Source of the DNA: a bacterium
GTDB lineage: Bacteria > Patescibacteriota > Minisyncoccia > UBA6257 > Colwellbacteraceae
Reading direction: 5' to 3'
NCBI GenBank assembly: GCA_029548485.1
Contig: JAKPNH010000002.1
Coordinates: forward strand, 7,747 to 71,746
DNA length: 64,000 nt
Below are positions 37,845 through 46,750 of the stretch, piece after piece. The translations under genes and the position numbers were made by a program. Positions within the stretch are counted from its first letter, which is position 1, and the number at the start of each line of letters is the position of its first letter. The notes under the pieces were generated by a model. It saw only the letters and a program-made list of their open reading frames with translations, ran no database searches and was not told the origin of the DNA.

Positions 37845-38875
37845 AATTCGAAAAAATTCTGGAACTTTACGATTACCGGTTTCCCGAAAAAGCCGTGGCC
37901 CAGTGTCCGGCGAGCCCCAGGGACAGCGCCAAGCTTTTGGTTTACGACCGGAAAACTAAAAAAACCTTTTTCGATGTTTTCCGGAATCTCGGCGATCATC
38001 TCCCTTTGAAAGCGGTTCTGGTTTTCAACGAAACCAAGGTGGTTCCGGCGCGGATCTGGGCCAAGAAATCGACCGGCGGAAAGATCCAGCTGCTTTACGT
38101 GGGAGAGGAAAAAGGAAAGCTTCGATTCATGGTCGACCGCAAAATCCGTCCGGGAGAGAAAATATTTCTGGATAGCCGGAACTTTTTGACTTTTGCGGGC
38201 CAGAAAGAAGGAGTTTGGCTTTTCGAACCGTCTTTTCCGGCGCGAAACATTTTCGGCGTTCTGGAGAAATTCGGAGAAACGCCGATCCCCCCGTATATCA
38301 AGCATTCGCCTTTGAAAGAGTCCGAGCTCAAGGAAAAGTACCAGGCGGTTTTCGCGAAAATCCGGGGTTCGGTGGCCGCCCCCACTGCTTCGCTCCATTT
38401 TACGAAGAGATTGATGTCGAAACTAGAAAAATCCGGCTTTGACCTGAAATTCATCGTTCTCCACGTCAACCTTGGAACTTTCGCCAAGCTGACGCCGAAG
38501 CAAATAGAACACTCGAAACTCCACGAAGAGTTTTACGAGATAGATCCGGAAACGGCGGAATTCCTGAATAAAGCCAAAAAAGAAGGCCGGCCGATCGTCA
38601 GCGTCGGTACGACCGTCGCCCGTACGCTCGAATCGGCGAGCGACGCCAAGGGAAGCCTCGTCAAGTTGTCCGGGAAAACGAGTCTTTTCATCAAAGAAGG
38701 ATATCGGTTCAGATTCGTCGACGGCCTCGTCACCAATTTCCACGTGCCGCAATCGAGCCTTTTGATGCTCGTTTCCGCTTTCGCCGGAAGAAAACGGATC
38801 CTCGATTTGTACCGGAAAGCGATCGCCAAAGGATTCAAGATATTCTCTTTCGGAGACGGAATGCTTTTGAAATAA
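37841..38875 (+). CDS. queA: S-adenosylmethionine:tRNA ribosyltransferase-isomerase
   Basis: NETKVVPAR, PIPPYI, GSVAAPTASLHFT, TNFH.P, FSFGDGM. Confidence 0.96.
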   Translation: MKFEKILELYDYRFPEKAVAQCPASPRDSAKLLVYDRKTKKTFFDVFRNLGDHLPLKAVLVFNETKVVPARIWAKKSTGGKIQLLYVGEEKGKLRFMVDRKIRPGEKIFLDSRNFLTFAGQKEGVWLFEPSFPARNIFGVLEKFGETPIPPYIKHSPLKESELKEKYQAVFAKIRGSVAAPTASLHFTKRLMSKLEKSGFDLKFIVLHVNLGTFAKLTPKQIEHSKLHEEFYEIDPETAEFLNKAKKEGRPIVSVGTTVARTLESASDAKGSLVKLSGKTSLFIKEGYRFRFVDGLVTNFHVPQSSLLMLVSAFAGRKRILDLYRKAIAKGFKIFSFGDGMLLK

Positions 38876-38938
38876 CTTGATTCCAGCCGGTTTTGATGAT
38901 AATGATTCGTTTAGTTCTTGATAAAGGAGGCGAAATCC

Positions 38939-39271
38939 TTGAAGTTGTTCTTCCTTTTGATGTTATTGACGGGAACGATCGCCGGCCTCGCGGAAAAATG
39001 CGCGGAGCTCAAAAACAGGGAGCCCTTGAGAACGATCGCTCCCGTGATCGTCGTTTTTCCGCTCGTGATAGCGATAGTGAAAATGTTTCCGGAGGCGACA
39101 ACCGATATGGCCGCACCCGACACTTGGCCGGGTTGGATCGCTTCTCTCGCAGTCAGCCTCGCGGGCAATTTCTGGGCGAGCCGCGTTTGCCCCGAATGGC
39201 ATTTCGATCCGATCGGTTGGGCGAGAGAGCTCGCGAAACGCGTCAAATCGAAAATATCCCGCAAGCGTTGA
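38939..39271 (+). CDS. Hypothetical membrane protein
   Basis: AAGGAGG 8 nt before TTG 38939; about 3 hydrophobic segments. Confidence 0.5.
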   Translation: MKLFFLLMLLTGTIAGLAEKCAELKNREPLRTIAPVIVVFPLVIAIVKMFPEATTDMAAPDTWPGWIASLAVSLAGNFWASRVCPEWHFDPIGWARELAKRVKSKISRKR

Positions 39272-39357
39272 TACGGACGGAGCCAAAAACTCCGTCTTTT
39301 TTACGACGATTGCCGGTTCAAATAAGACGCGTTAAGCTTAAAATAATTCAAACTTAT

Positions 39358-40065
39358 ATGAAACAGCATCGATTCATCGGCGATTTCGCGCCCGAAGGAA
39401 ATTACCTGGAGATCCGGGACGAAGAACTCATAAATCAGATGAGAAGCGTCCTCAAGTTAAAGCCCGGAGAAGAAGTGATCTTGGCCGACGGCCGAGGCTC
39501 GGAACTCACGGCGACGATCAAGTCTTTCCATCCGAAATTCATCGCTTTGACAGTCGGAGAAAAAAGACAAAACTCGAATGATCCGGCCGCGGCCGTTATT
39601 TTGTACTGCTCTTTGCTCAAAAAAGAGAATTTCGAATGGGTGGCGGAAAAAGCGACCGAAACCGGGGCGCGGGGAATCGTTCCCGTGATTTCCGACCGGA
39701 CGGTCAAGCTAAATCTGAACATCGGCCGTTTGCGGAAAATAGTCAAAGAGGCGGCCGAGCAGTCCGGCCGCGGATTCTTGCCCGAAGTTTCGGAAATCAT
39801 CGGTTTCGACGAAGCGGTGGAACAGTCCAAAGACAACGAGCTCAATATTTTTTTCGATCCCAAAGGAAAAGCGTTCGAGAAACCCCAGTGGTTTTCGATG
39901 TACGGAGAAAAACGGATAGGCGTTTTCATCGGTCCGGAAGGAGGCTGGACCGATAGGGAAATCGCGGCCGCCGCAGCCAACGATTTCCAAATCGTTTCTT
40001 TGGGAAAACTTGTTCTGCGGGCGGAAACAGCGGCCATCGTCGCCGTTTATCTCGCGGCTCACTGA
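39358..40065 (+). CDS. rsmE: 16S rRNA m3U1498 methyltransferase RsmE
   Basis: EKATE.G, EAAEQSGR, FIGPEGG, LGKLVLRAETA. Confidence 0.93.
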   Translation: MKQHRFIGDFAPEGNYLEIRDEELINQMRSVLKLKPGEEVILADGRGSELTATIKSFHPKFIALTVGEKRQNSNDPAAAVILYCSLLKKENFEWVAEKATETGARGIVPVISDRTVKLNLNIGRLRKIVKEAAEQSGRGFLPEVSEIIGFDEAVEQSKDNELNIFFDPKGKAFEKPQWFSMYGEKRIGVFIGPEGGWTDREIAAAAANDFQIVSLGKLVLRAETAAIVAVYLAAH

Positions 40066-40104
40066 TTTTACAAAAAAAAGAGAGCGGCCAAAGCCGCCCT
40101 TTAA

Positions 40105-40467
40105 TCAACCATCTCCCGCTGCCACCAAGACATCTATCCGGAAAGATCTTTGGTAGCACGATCTATCGATGGTGTAGCCGTTTTTCTCGATCCAGGCAAG
40201 GACGCGTTTCTGTTCTTCGGGAGAATTGCCCCAGATATAACCGGGGCTCTTGTGCGCTTTTGTTTCGCATTCCCGGCATCGGAGCCGGCAGAAATCTATG
40301 AGGTCGAGCGCTTTTTCTCCTTTGAGGCTCCTGAACATCTGGATTCTTTTCAGGGCGCCGCGCGGAAGAACGTGGTGACCGATGAGTTCTTTGTCGGTCG
40401 CTCCGCAATCTTCGCAGCGATGCCCTTTTAGAGAAGTCCTCCTGTCGACTACCAAGCTCCAGTACAA
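40105..40467 (-). CDS. Small HNH-like zinc-binding protein
   Basis: CEDCG..HHVLP...CRECETKAH; start uncertain. Confidence 0.55.
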   Translation of the reverse strand: MYWSLVVDRRTSLKGHRCEDCGATDKELIGHHVLPRGALKRIQMFRSLKGEKALDLIDFCRLRCRECETKAHKSPGYIWGNSPEEQKRVLAWIEKNGYTIDRSCYQRSFRIDVLVAAGDG

Positions 40468-40627
40468 TCTTTGGATTCTCCATGAGCTGTCTTTGGTAAT
40501 CGCCTCCCTGCGGGACGATTAAGGTTCTGTTTCCATTATAGCCCGATTACCGCTTTAGCTGCACAAGTGGATAACTCCGGCGTTTGCCGTATCGGAAAAC
40601 AAAAGGTAAAATGAATCAAACCACATA

Positions 40628-40725
40628 TTTATCAAGAGAACGGCGAGAGTCCTGGCTCTACGACCCGTCGACAACTTGCCGGAGTTCGGCAAAGTGCCAA
40701 ATCCAGCCCTTCGAGGGAAGATAAA
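40628..40725 (+). promoter_or_regulatory. SAM-I (S-box) riboswitch
   Basis: ttatcaagag...gagag..ctggctct..gacc...caac...gtgccaaatcc...gaagataa; upstream of metK; hairpin agcct..aggct + T-rich run follows. Confidence 0.88.
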
Positions 40726-40766
40726 CTTTAGCCAAAAGCCTTCTCGCGAGGCTGTTTATTTTTATC

Positions 40767-41828
40767 ATGCCAAAAGAATTTTCCGTTTATTCGGTAGAAA
40801 GCGTCACCTCCGGCCATCCGGACAAAATTTGCGACCAGATATCCGACGCCATTCTTGACGAATGCCTCAGAGAAGACCCCGAAAGCCGCGTGGCCGTCGA
40901 ATCTTTCGGCGGACACGGTTTGATCGTCGTCGGCGGAGAAGTGACGAGCAAAGCGAAAGTCGATTACAAAAAAATCGCGCTCGAAGTATATCGCGGCATA
41001 GGTTACGAGGATGATCCGGAAGTGATCGTGAATATCGTCACCCAGTCTTCGGACATCGCCTTGGGCGTGGACACGGGCGGCGCCGGAGACCAGGGAATAA
41101 TGTACGGCTATGCCACCGACGAAACCCCGGAATTCTTGCCGAAAGGAGTGGTCCTGGCCCACAAACTTACCTTTGGCCTGGAAAGAATGAGGAAATCCGC
41201 GGAAGTCGGATGGCTCTTGCCGGACGGCAAAGCCCAGGTGACGATTTCTTCCGGCGAGACCACGGCCGTTTTGGTGAGCGCGAGCCACCAGGAAAGCGTT
41301 TCTCACGAAGAAATCCGGCAAACGCTTAAAAACAAACTGATCATTCCGATTGTCGGCGACATTCCCGACGAGCGCATACTGGTCAATCCGACCGGGAAAT
41401 TCGTCAAAGCCGGATTCGAGGCCGACACCGGGCTGACCGGCCGGAAAATCATGGTCGATACCTACGGCGGCGTCATGCCGCACGGCGGAGGATGCTTTTC
41501 CGGAAAAGACGCCACCAAAGTCGACAGGTCGGCCGCGTACATGTGCCGTTTTGCGGCCAAGAACATCGTCGCCGCCGGGCTTTCCCGGAATTGCGTCGTT
41601 TCCGTGGCTTACGCCATCGGCCGGGCCGAACCCTTGATGCTCGAAGCGACCGGAGACGACGATAAAGACCTGACGGAGGTTTTGAAGCGTCATTTCGATT
41701 TCCGTCCGAGGGCGATCATCGAGAGGCTTGGCCTTAAAAAGCCGATTTACCGCGAGACGTCCGTCTACGGGCATTTCGGAAAAGAAAATCTGCCGTGGGA
41801 GCGGATTATCGATTTGGATCGATTGTGA
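40767..41828 (+). CDS. metK: S-adenosylmethionine synthetase
   Basis: ESVTSGHPDKICDQISD, GAGDQG, GLTGRKI, GGGCFSGKD.TKVDRS. Confidence 0.97.
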   Translation: MPKEFSVYSVESVTSGHPDKICDQISDAILDECLREDPESRVAVESFGGHGLIVVGGEVTSKAKVDYKKIALEVYRGIGYEDDPEVIVNIVTQSSDIALGVDTGGAGDQGIMYGYATDETPEFLPKGVVLAHKLTFGLERMRKSAEVGWLLPDGKAQVTISSGETTAVLVSASHQESVSHEEIRQTLKNKLIIPIVGDIPDERILVNPTGKFVKAGFEADTGLTGRKIMVDTYGGVMPHGGGCFSGKDATKVDRSAAYMCRFAAKNIVAAGLSRNCVVSVAYAIGRAEPLMLEATGDDDKDLTEVLKRHFDFRPRAIIERLGLKKPIYRETSVYGHFGKENLPWERIIDLDRL

Positions 41829-41933
41829 TATAATTATTTCATAGAGCCTTGCTTATTTTCTGCGATGATTTTCTCGAGCGGCGATTGGTTCACCGGCTCG
41901 CTTTATAAAAGGTCGCAATAAAAAAATCAATCA

Positions 41934-42194
41934 ATGGCAGTCGTCAAAAAGAAAATCTGGCCGCAGTATTTCGAACTGGTCAATTCCGGCAAGAAAAGAT
42001 TCGAACTCCGCTTGGCTGATTTCAAGATCAAAGAAGGCGATACCCTGGTGCTCGAGGAATGGGATCCCCAGCAAAAGAGGTTGACCGGCCGGAAAATCAC
42101 CAAGAAGGTCACTTATGTTTTGAAGTTCGATTTGGACGATTTCGGGCAGAAAAAGGAAATTTTGAAAGACGGGCTGTACGCGATCCAGTTTTGA
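41934..42194 (+). CDS. DUF3850 / ASCH (PUA-like) domain protein
   Basis: KKIWPQYF..V.SGKK.FELR..DF..GD.LVL.EW. Confidence 0.8.
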   Translation: MAVVKKKIWPQYFELVNSGKKRFELRLADFKIKEGDTLVLEEWDPQQKRLTGRKITKKVTYVLKFDLDDFGQKKEILKDGLYAIQF

Positions 42195-42238
42195 CGCCTG
42201 CCGGCCGCAAGCGAAGTTCGCTTTCGGCTTTGCAATCC

Positions 42239-42619
42239 ATGCAAAAAAACATCATTTGGGTAATCGTCGTCATTGTCGCGGTTGTCGTAATCTATTACGC
42301 TTACGGCTTCCTGAAGAACGGTTCGTTGCCGGAGACGCCGGCGGGGACGCCTTTGACCACCGGCTCCGGAAACGCTTCCGAAGTGCTCATATCGAATTTC
42401 TCCTTCGAACCGAAGGAGCTGACGATCAGCCGGGGAACGACCGTTAGGTGGACGAATAGGGACAACGTGAATCATCCGATCGTAAGCGACGAGGGCGTGT
42501 TCCAGAGCGGCGCCCTTATGCCGGGAGGAACGTTCGAATTCGCTTTCGATTCGGCCGGAGAGTTCTCTTATTATTGCTCCGTTCATCCGTGGATGACCGG
42601 GAAAATCATCGTCGAATAA
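42239..42619 (+). CDS. Cupredoxin (plastocyanin/amicyanin-like), membrane-anchored
   Basis: F.FEP, GTTVRWTN.D...H, YYCSVHPWMTG type-1 copper ligands. Confidence 0.88.
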   Translation: MQKNIIWVIVVIVAVVVIYYAYGFLKNGSLPETPAGTPLTTGSGNASEVLISNFSFEPKELTISRGTTVRWTNRDNVNHPIVSDEGVFQSGALMPGGTFEFAFDSAGEFSYYCSVHPWMTGKIIVE

Positions 42620-42634
42620 CCAGCTTCAAAAAAG

Positions 42635-43831
42635 ATGGGAAAAAACATCACCGCCGTCGCCATCATCGTTCTCGCGATCGTCCTGGTGTTAATGATCGGT
42701 TCTTATTATCGGAGCAGATTGGGTCTCGAGACTCCGTCCGGAAGCGTTTCCACGACTCCGGAGGGAATCAATCTGCCGGAAGGATTCAAGATGTCGGTTT
42801 TCGCCGAGGATCTCATTGCTCCGCGGGTCCTCGCCTTTGACCCGAATGGCGTTCTTTTGACGAGCATCACTTCGACCGGAGAAATCGTCGCCTTGCCGTC
42901 AGAAAATCCGGACGATCCGGTGGCGGAAAAAACCGTTATTCTGGCTTCGGGCCTGAACAAACCCCACGGCCTGGCGTTTTATTGCAAAGATTCCTGCAAG
43001 CTTTACGTCGCCGAGACGGACAGCGTTTCCGTCTTCGATTACGACGCCGTTAATCTTAAGCTGTCCAACAAGCAAAAGATCATCGATCTTCCGGGAGGAG
43101 GCCAGCACTTCACGAGGACCCTGCTTGTTCTGCCTTCGGATTCCGGAGACAGACTGCTCGTCGCTTTGGGTTCGGATTGCAACGTTTGTGACGAATCCGA
43201 CTGGCGGCGGGCGAGCATTTTGTCGGCCGACATGGACGGCAAAGACCTGAAGACTTTCGCTTCGGGGCTCCGCAATTCCGTTTTTATGGCTTTGGAGCCG
43301 CAAAGCGGCAAGGTTTTCGCCACCGAAAACGGACGCGACCTCTTGGGAGACGATATTCCGCCCGATGAAATCAACATCATCGAAGAAGGGAAGAATTACG
43401 GTTGGCCGATCTGCTACGGAAAGAACATCCATGACACGGACTTCGACAAGAACGTCTATATTGCCGATCCCTGTCGTGACAAAATAGCGAGCCACATCGA
43501 TATCCAGGCGCATTCCGCTCCTTTGGGGCTCGCTTTCATTCCGGACAATTGGCCGAGCGAATATCGGAACGATCTGTTCGTTTCTCTCCACGGGTCGTGG
43601 AACAGGTCGGTTCCGACCGGCTATAAAGTTACGAGATTTTCTTTGGATGCCGGCGGCCTTTATTCGGGAAGCAAGCCGGAACAAGTCGATTTTATCACCG
43701 GTTGGCTTGATGCTGACGGAAAAGTTTCGGGCAGGCCCACGGGTATCGCCTTCGATCCTTACGGCAACATGTTCGTCGCCGACGACCGGGCCGGAGTGAT
43801 TTACAAAATCGTTCCCCATTCTGACCGATGA
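42635..43831 (+). CDS. PQQ-dependent sugar (sorbosone) dehydrogenase family
   Basis: GLNKPHGLAF, H.TR, GSDCNVC, GLRN, NYGWP, AHSAPLG, HGSWNR. Confidence 0.85.
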   Translation: MGKNITAVAIIVLAIVLVLMIGSYYRSRLGLETPSGSVSTTPEGINLPEGFKMSVFAEDLIAPRVLAFDPNGVLLTSITSTGEIVALPSENPDDPVAEKTVILASGLNKPHGLAFYCKDSCKLYVAETDSVSVFDYDAVNLKLSNKQKIIDLPGGGQHFTRTLLVLPSDSGDRLLVALGSDCNVCDESDWRRASILSADMDGKDLKTFASGLRNSVFMALEPQSGKVFATENGRDLLGDDIPPDEINIIEEGKNYGWPICYGKNIHDTDFDKNVYIADPCRDKIASHIDIQAHSAPLGLAFIPDNWPSEYRNDLFVSLHGSWNRSVPTGYKVTRFSLDAGGLYSGSKPEQVDFITGWLDADGKVSGRPTGIAFDPYGNMFVADDRAGVIYKIVPHSDR

Positions 43832-43900
43832 TCCGGCGCCGTTTTGAACCCTCTTATGCTATAATTTGATCAATAAAGGTCGCTTAATAAACTTTATGTA

Positions 43901-44092
43901 ATGAAAACTTTAAGTTGGATTGCCTGGATTCTAGTGGTTATAGGCGCTATCAACTGGGGATTGTACGGTCTGTTCGGAATGAATCTGGTTATGGCGATTT
44001 TCGGTTCCATGCCGATAGTGGAAAAGGTTGTCTATATCTTGGTCGGAATCTCCGGTATCTGGATGATTTTCGACAAGATGCAAAAGTCGTAG
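43901..44092 (+). CDS. DUF378 family small membrane protein
   Basis: LVVIGAINWGL.GLFG.NLV..IFG, VYILVG. Confidence 0.88.
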   Translation: MKTLSWIAWILVVIGAINWGLYGLFGMNLVMAIFGSMPIVEKVVYILVGISGIWMIFDKMQKS

Positions 44093-44157
44093 TTCTGCGG
44101 CTTTTTCGAAATCCCTCGCTTCGGCGGGGGATTTTTTGGCGTTATAATGAAAAAAAC

Positions 44158-44379
44158 ATGATCGTCAAATCGAAAGTCCTAGCCGGTTCTTCCAAGGCCG
44201 GAGTCGAGCGCCGATCCGACGTTCTGATCGTCAAAACGAGATCCAAAGCCGAAGCGGGCCAAGCCAACGCCGAAGCCTTGAAGCTCCTGGCCCGGCATTT
44301 CCGGGTTCCGGTTTCGGATCTGAAGATCCTCAAAGGATCGAGGTCCAAAAACAAGATTATCAAGATCAGAGAAAGCTGA
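44158..44379 (+). CDS. DUF167 (YggU-like) protein
   Basis: GQAN.E...LLA..F.V......I.KG..SKNK. Confidence 0.75.
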   Translation: MIVKSKVLAGSSKAGVERRSDVLIVKTRSKAEAGQANAEALKLLARHFRVPVSDLKILKGSRSKNKIIKIRES

Positions 44380-44476
44380 GCTGTCAGGTTGGGCCGCGGA
44401 TTTTGACTCCGCGGGCTTTTGACCCTATAAATAACTGTCGCCAGGTTTTTGAAAACCGAAGAAAGGAGGCGGTAAT

Positions 44477-45418
44477 ATGGCGCGGGATCTCGCGGCCACG
44501 GTCGCGGCCGACGTGACTAAGGTCAAAAAAGCGGCCACTGTCTTGATCGAAGAGGATGGTGGGATATTCGGCTATCGAATAACCAACGAGGCCAATATGC
44601 TTTCTTCGGCACAGGGTTTGATCGCGGTGATCGGTCCGACACCGGATTTCGACAAGGCGGTTCTTGCGGAGATAGGGATTGGGCATACAAAGCCGTACGG
44701 AGAGATGCATCATATTCGTCTCGAAGACGGCTCCGAAGCCAGGGTTTTGCGTCGGCAGACTCGTTTCCAAATGAGTCTTGAGCAGTATAACGAGGCAGCC
44801 GCTCTTATCTTTGTCGGTATGGGTCAAGTGGCGTATGAGCGAACTAAAAAATGGCGTTTTACCACTTGGACCAATGAAAAGATGTCCCATGTCCGCTCGA
44901 GCAAATCGGGACGCAAAGTGATCCGTTTCAGGAAAGATTATGAGATGGTCAAGGGCATCCGTTTCAGCGTCTTAATCGGATTTGCACCGCTCATCGCTGA
45001 TCTGCTCTGGGCCGAGAAGAGATCGTTTCGGGATTACTATGTCGGTCTCGGACAGGTGATCGATATGAGATTGGCGCCGTACCGGCGGAACGGATACAGC
45101 CGTCTCTTCAATACGCTGCTTGGAGCAAAGGATCTGATAGATATCGTCGAATCCCGCGATTTCCTTAAACCGGCTTATCGTCGCTCACAAGCGCTCGAAT
45201 TCTTGCCGAAGGGCGATCAGCATCCGCTTTATTACGAAATCGCCAAAGATGTCTTCGGTCATGATTTTTCCAAGGTCCCGGAGGAAATCCAGATCATGAA
45301 AGCCGGTCTTCCGGACCCCGAACAGAGAATCTCTCCGGAGATCTATTGCCGCGGTATAAGCACCTTTGCCGAGGCAAAGGATAATATGGTCTTTGAGGTT
45401 TCGTGGCGGCGTTCTTGA
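44477..45418 (+). CDS. Hypothetical protein
   Basis: 313-aa ORF with TTGACT-N17-TATAAA promoter and AAAGGAGG; no family recognised. Confidence 0.6.
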   Translation: MARDLAATVAADVTKVKKAATVLIEEDGGIFGYRITNEANMLSSAQGLIAVIGPTPDFDKAVLAEIGIGHTKPYGEMHHIRLEDGSEARVLRRQTRFQMSLEQYNEAAALIFVGMGQVAYERTKKWRFTTWTNEKMSHVRSSKSGRKVIRFRKDYEMVKGIRFSVLIGFAPLIADLLWAEKRSFRDYYVGLGQVIDMRLAPYRRNGYSRLFNTLLGAKDLIDIVESRDFLKPAYRRSQALEFLPKGDQHPLYYEIAKDVFGHDFSKVPEEIQIMKAGLPDPEQRISPEIYCRGISTFAEAKDNMVFEVSWRRS

Positions 45419-45467
45419 GCGCTCGACAACATTGTTGTCGGGCGCTTATTCTATCTATAATCATTCC

Positions 45468-46046
45468 ATGGAAGTTTATAAGACTTTGAACGATAAAATC
45501 GCCGCGGCCGTAAAGGCCGGCCGGATCGCCGTCATTCCGACGGACACGATTTACGGTATCGTCGGTTCGGCGCTTCGGCCGGAGACCGTGGAAAAGATCT
45601 ATCGCCTGCGGAAAAGGAACAGGACAAAGCCGATGATCATTTTGATCGGCGAGCTGAAACAGCTTTCTCTTTTCGGAATAAAACTTGATTTAGAAACAAA
45701 GAAAAAACTCGATTGTTTCTGGCCGGGAAAAACGAGCATTATTCTTCCTTGTCCCTCTGCGAAGTTCCGGTATCTCCATCGAGGCAAGCGAACTCTGGCT
45801 TTCCGTTTACCCGCTTTGAAGTCCCTGTCGAAGTTTTTACAGAAAACCGGACCGTTGGTCGCTCCGAGCGCCAATATCGAAGGAATGCCTCCGGCTCAAA
45901 ACATCGACGAAGCCAAAAAATATTTCGGCGACAAGGTCGATTTTTACGTCGACCAAGGCCGAAGGCAAGGCAAACCTTCGGCTTTGATAGATTTGTCCGG
46001 AAAAACAATTAAAGTTTTGAGGCCCGGACCGAAGAAAACATCATGA
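45468..46046 (+). CDS. tsaC: Threonylcarbamoyl-AMP synthase (Sua5/YrdC)
   Basis: PTDTIYG, R.R...KP, FWPG, PLVAPSAN. Confidence 0.9.
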   Translation: MEVYKTLNDKIAAAVKAGRIAVIPTDTIYGIVGSALRPETVEKIYRLRKRNRTKPMIILIGELKQLSLFGIKLDLETKKKLDCFWPGKTSIILPCPSAKFRYLHRGKRTLAFRLPALKSLSKFLQKTGPLVAPSANIEGMPPAQNIDEAKKYFGDKVDFYVDQGRRQGKPSALIDLSGKTIKVLRPGPKKTS

Positions 46047-46726
46047 TCGAAGGCATTTTTCCGATTTACAAAGAAAAAGGCCCGACTTCCAACAGGACGA
46101 TCCAGGAATTGAAAAAGATCGTCGGAAAAAGCAAGATCGGCCACGCCGGCACCCTGGACCCGCTGGCCGAAGGCGTGCTCGTGGTCGCGATCGGCCGCAA
46201 ATTCACCAAGGAGATCCACAAAGAAGAGGCCAAAGAAAAAGAATACTTGGCCGTTGTCCGGCTCGGCGCGACGAGCGATACCGACGACGAAGAAGGAGCG
46301 AAGACTCTTTGCGAAATAAAGCGAAGGCCGTCGATTCTCGGAATCCGCCGGGCCATCGGGAAATTCGTCGGCGAGATCGAGCAAAAGCCGCCGGTATTTT
46401 CCGCGGTCAAAATCAAAGGTGAAGAAGCTTACAAGCGAGCGAGGCGGGGAGAGCGTCCGGAAATGAAAGCCCGTAAAGCTGAAATCAAGAAAATCAAAAT
46501 CGTTTCTTATCGTTGGCCTGATCTGAAAATCCGGGTTATTACCGGACCGGGAGTCTATATTCGTTCGCTCGCGAGGGACTTGGGCGAGACGCTCGGCACG
46601 GGCGGTTATCTCCGAGCCCTTGTCCGGACAAGGGTCGGTAATTTTTCCGCCAAGAAATCGTTCACCGTTTCCGAATTCAAAGAAAAACTGGAAAATGGTA
46701 AGATCAAACAAAGAAACCTTTCCTAA
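46043..46726 (+). CDS. truB: tRNA pseudouridine(55) synthase
   Basis: KIGHAGTLDPLAEGVL, PP.FSAVKI.G, G.YIRSLARDLG. Confidence 0.95.
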   Translation: MIEGIFPIYKEKGPTSNRTIQELKKIVGKSKIGHAGTLDPLAEGVLVVAIGRKFTKEIHKEEAKEKEYLAVVRLGATSDTDDEEGAKTLCEIKRRPSILGIRRAIGKFVGEIEQKPPVFSAVKIKGEEAYKRARRGERPEMKARKAEIKKIKIVSYRWPDLKIRVITGPGVYIRSLARDLGETLGTGGYLRALVRTRVGNFSAKKSFTVSEFKEKLENGKIKQRNLS

Positions 46727-46750
46727 AGGCCGTCAATAAAAAACATTTTT

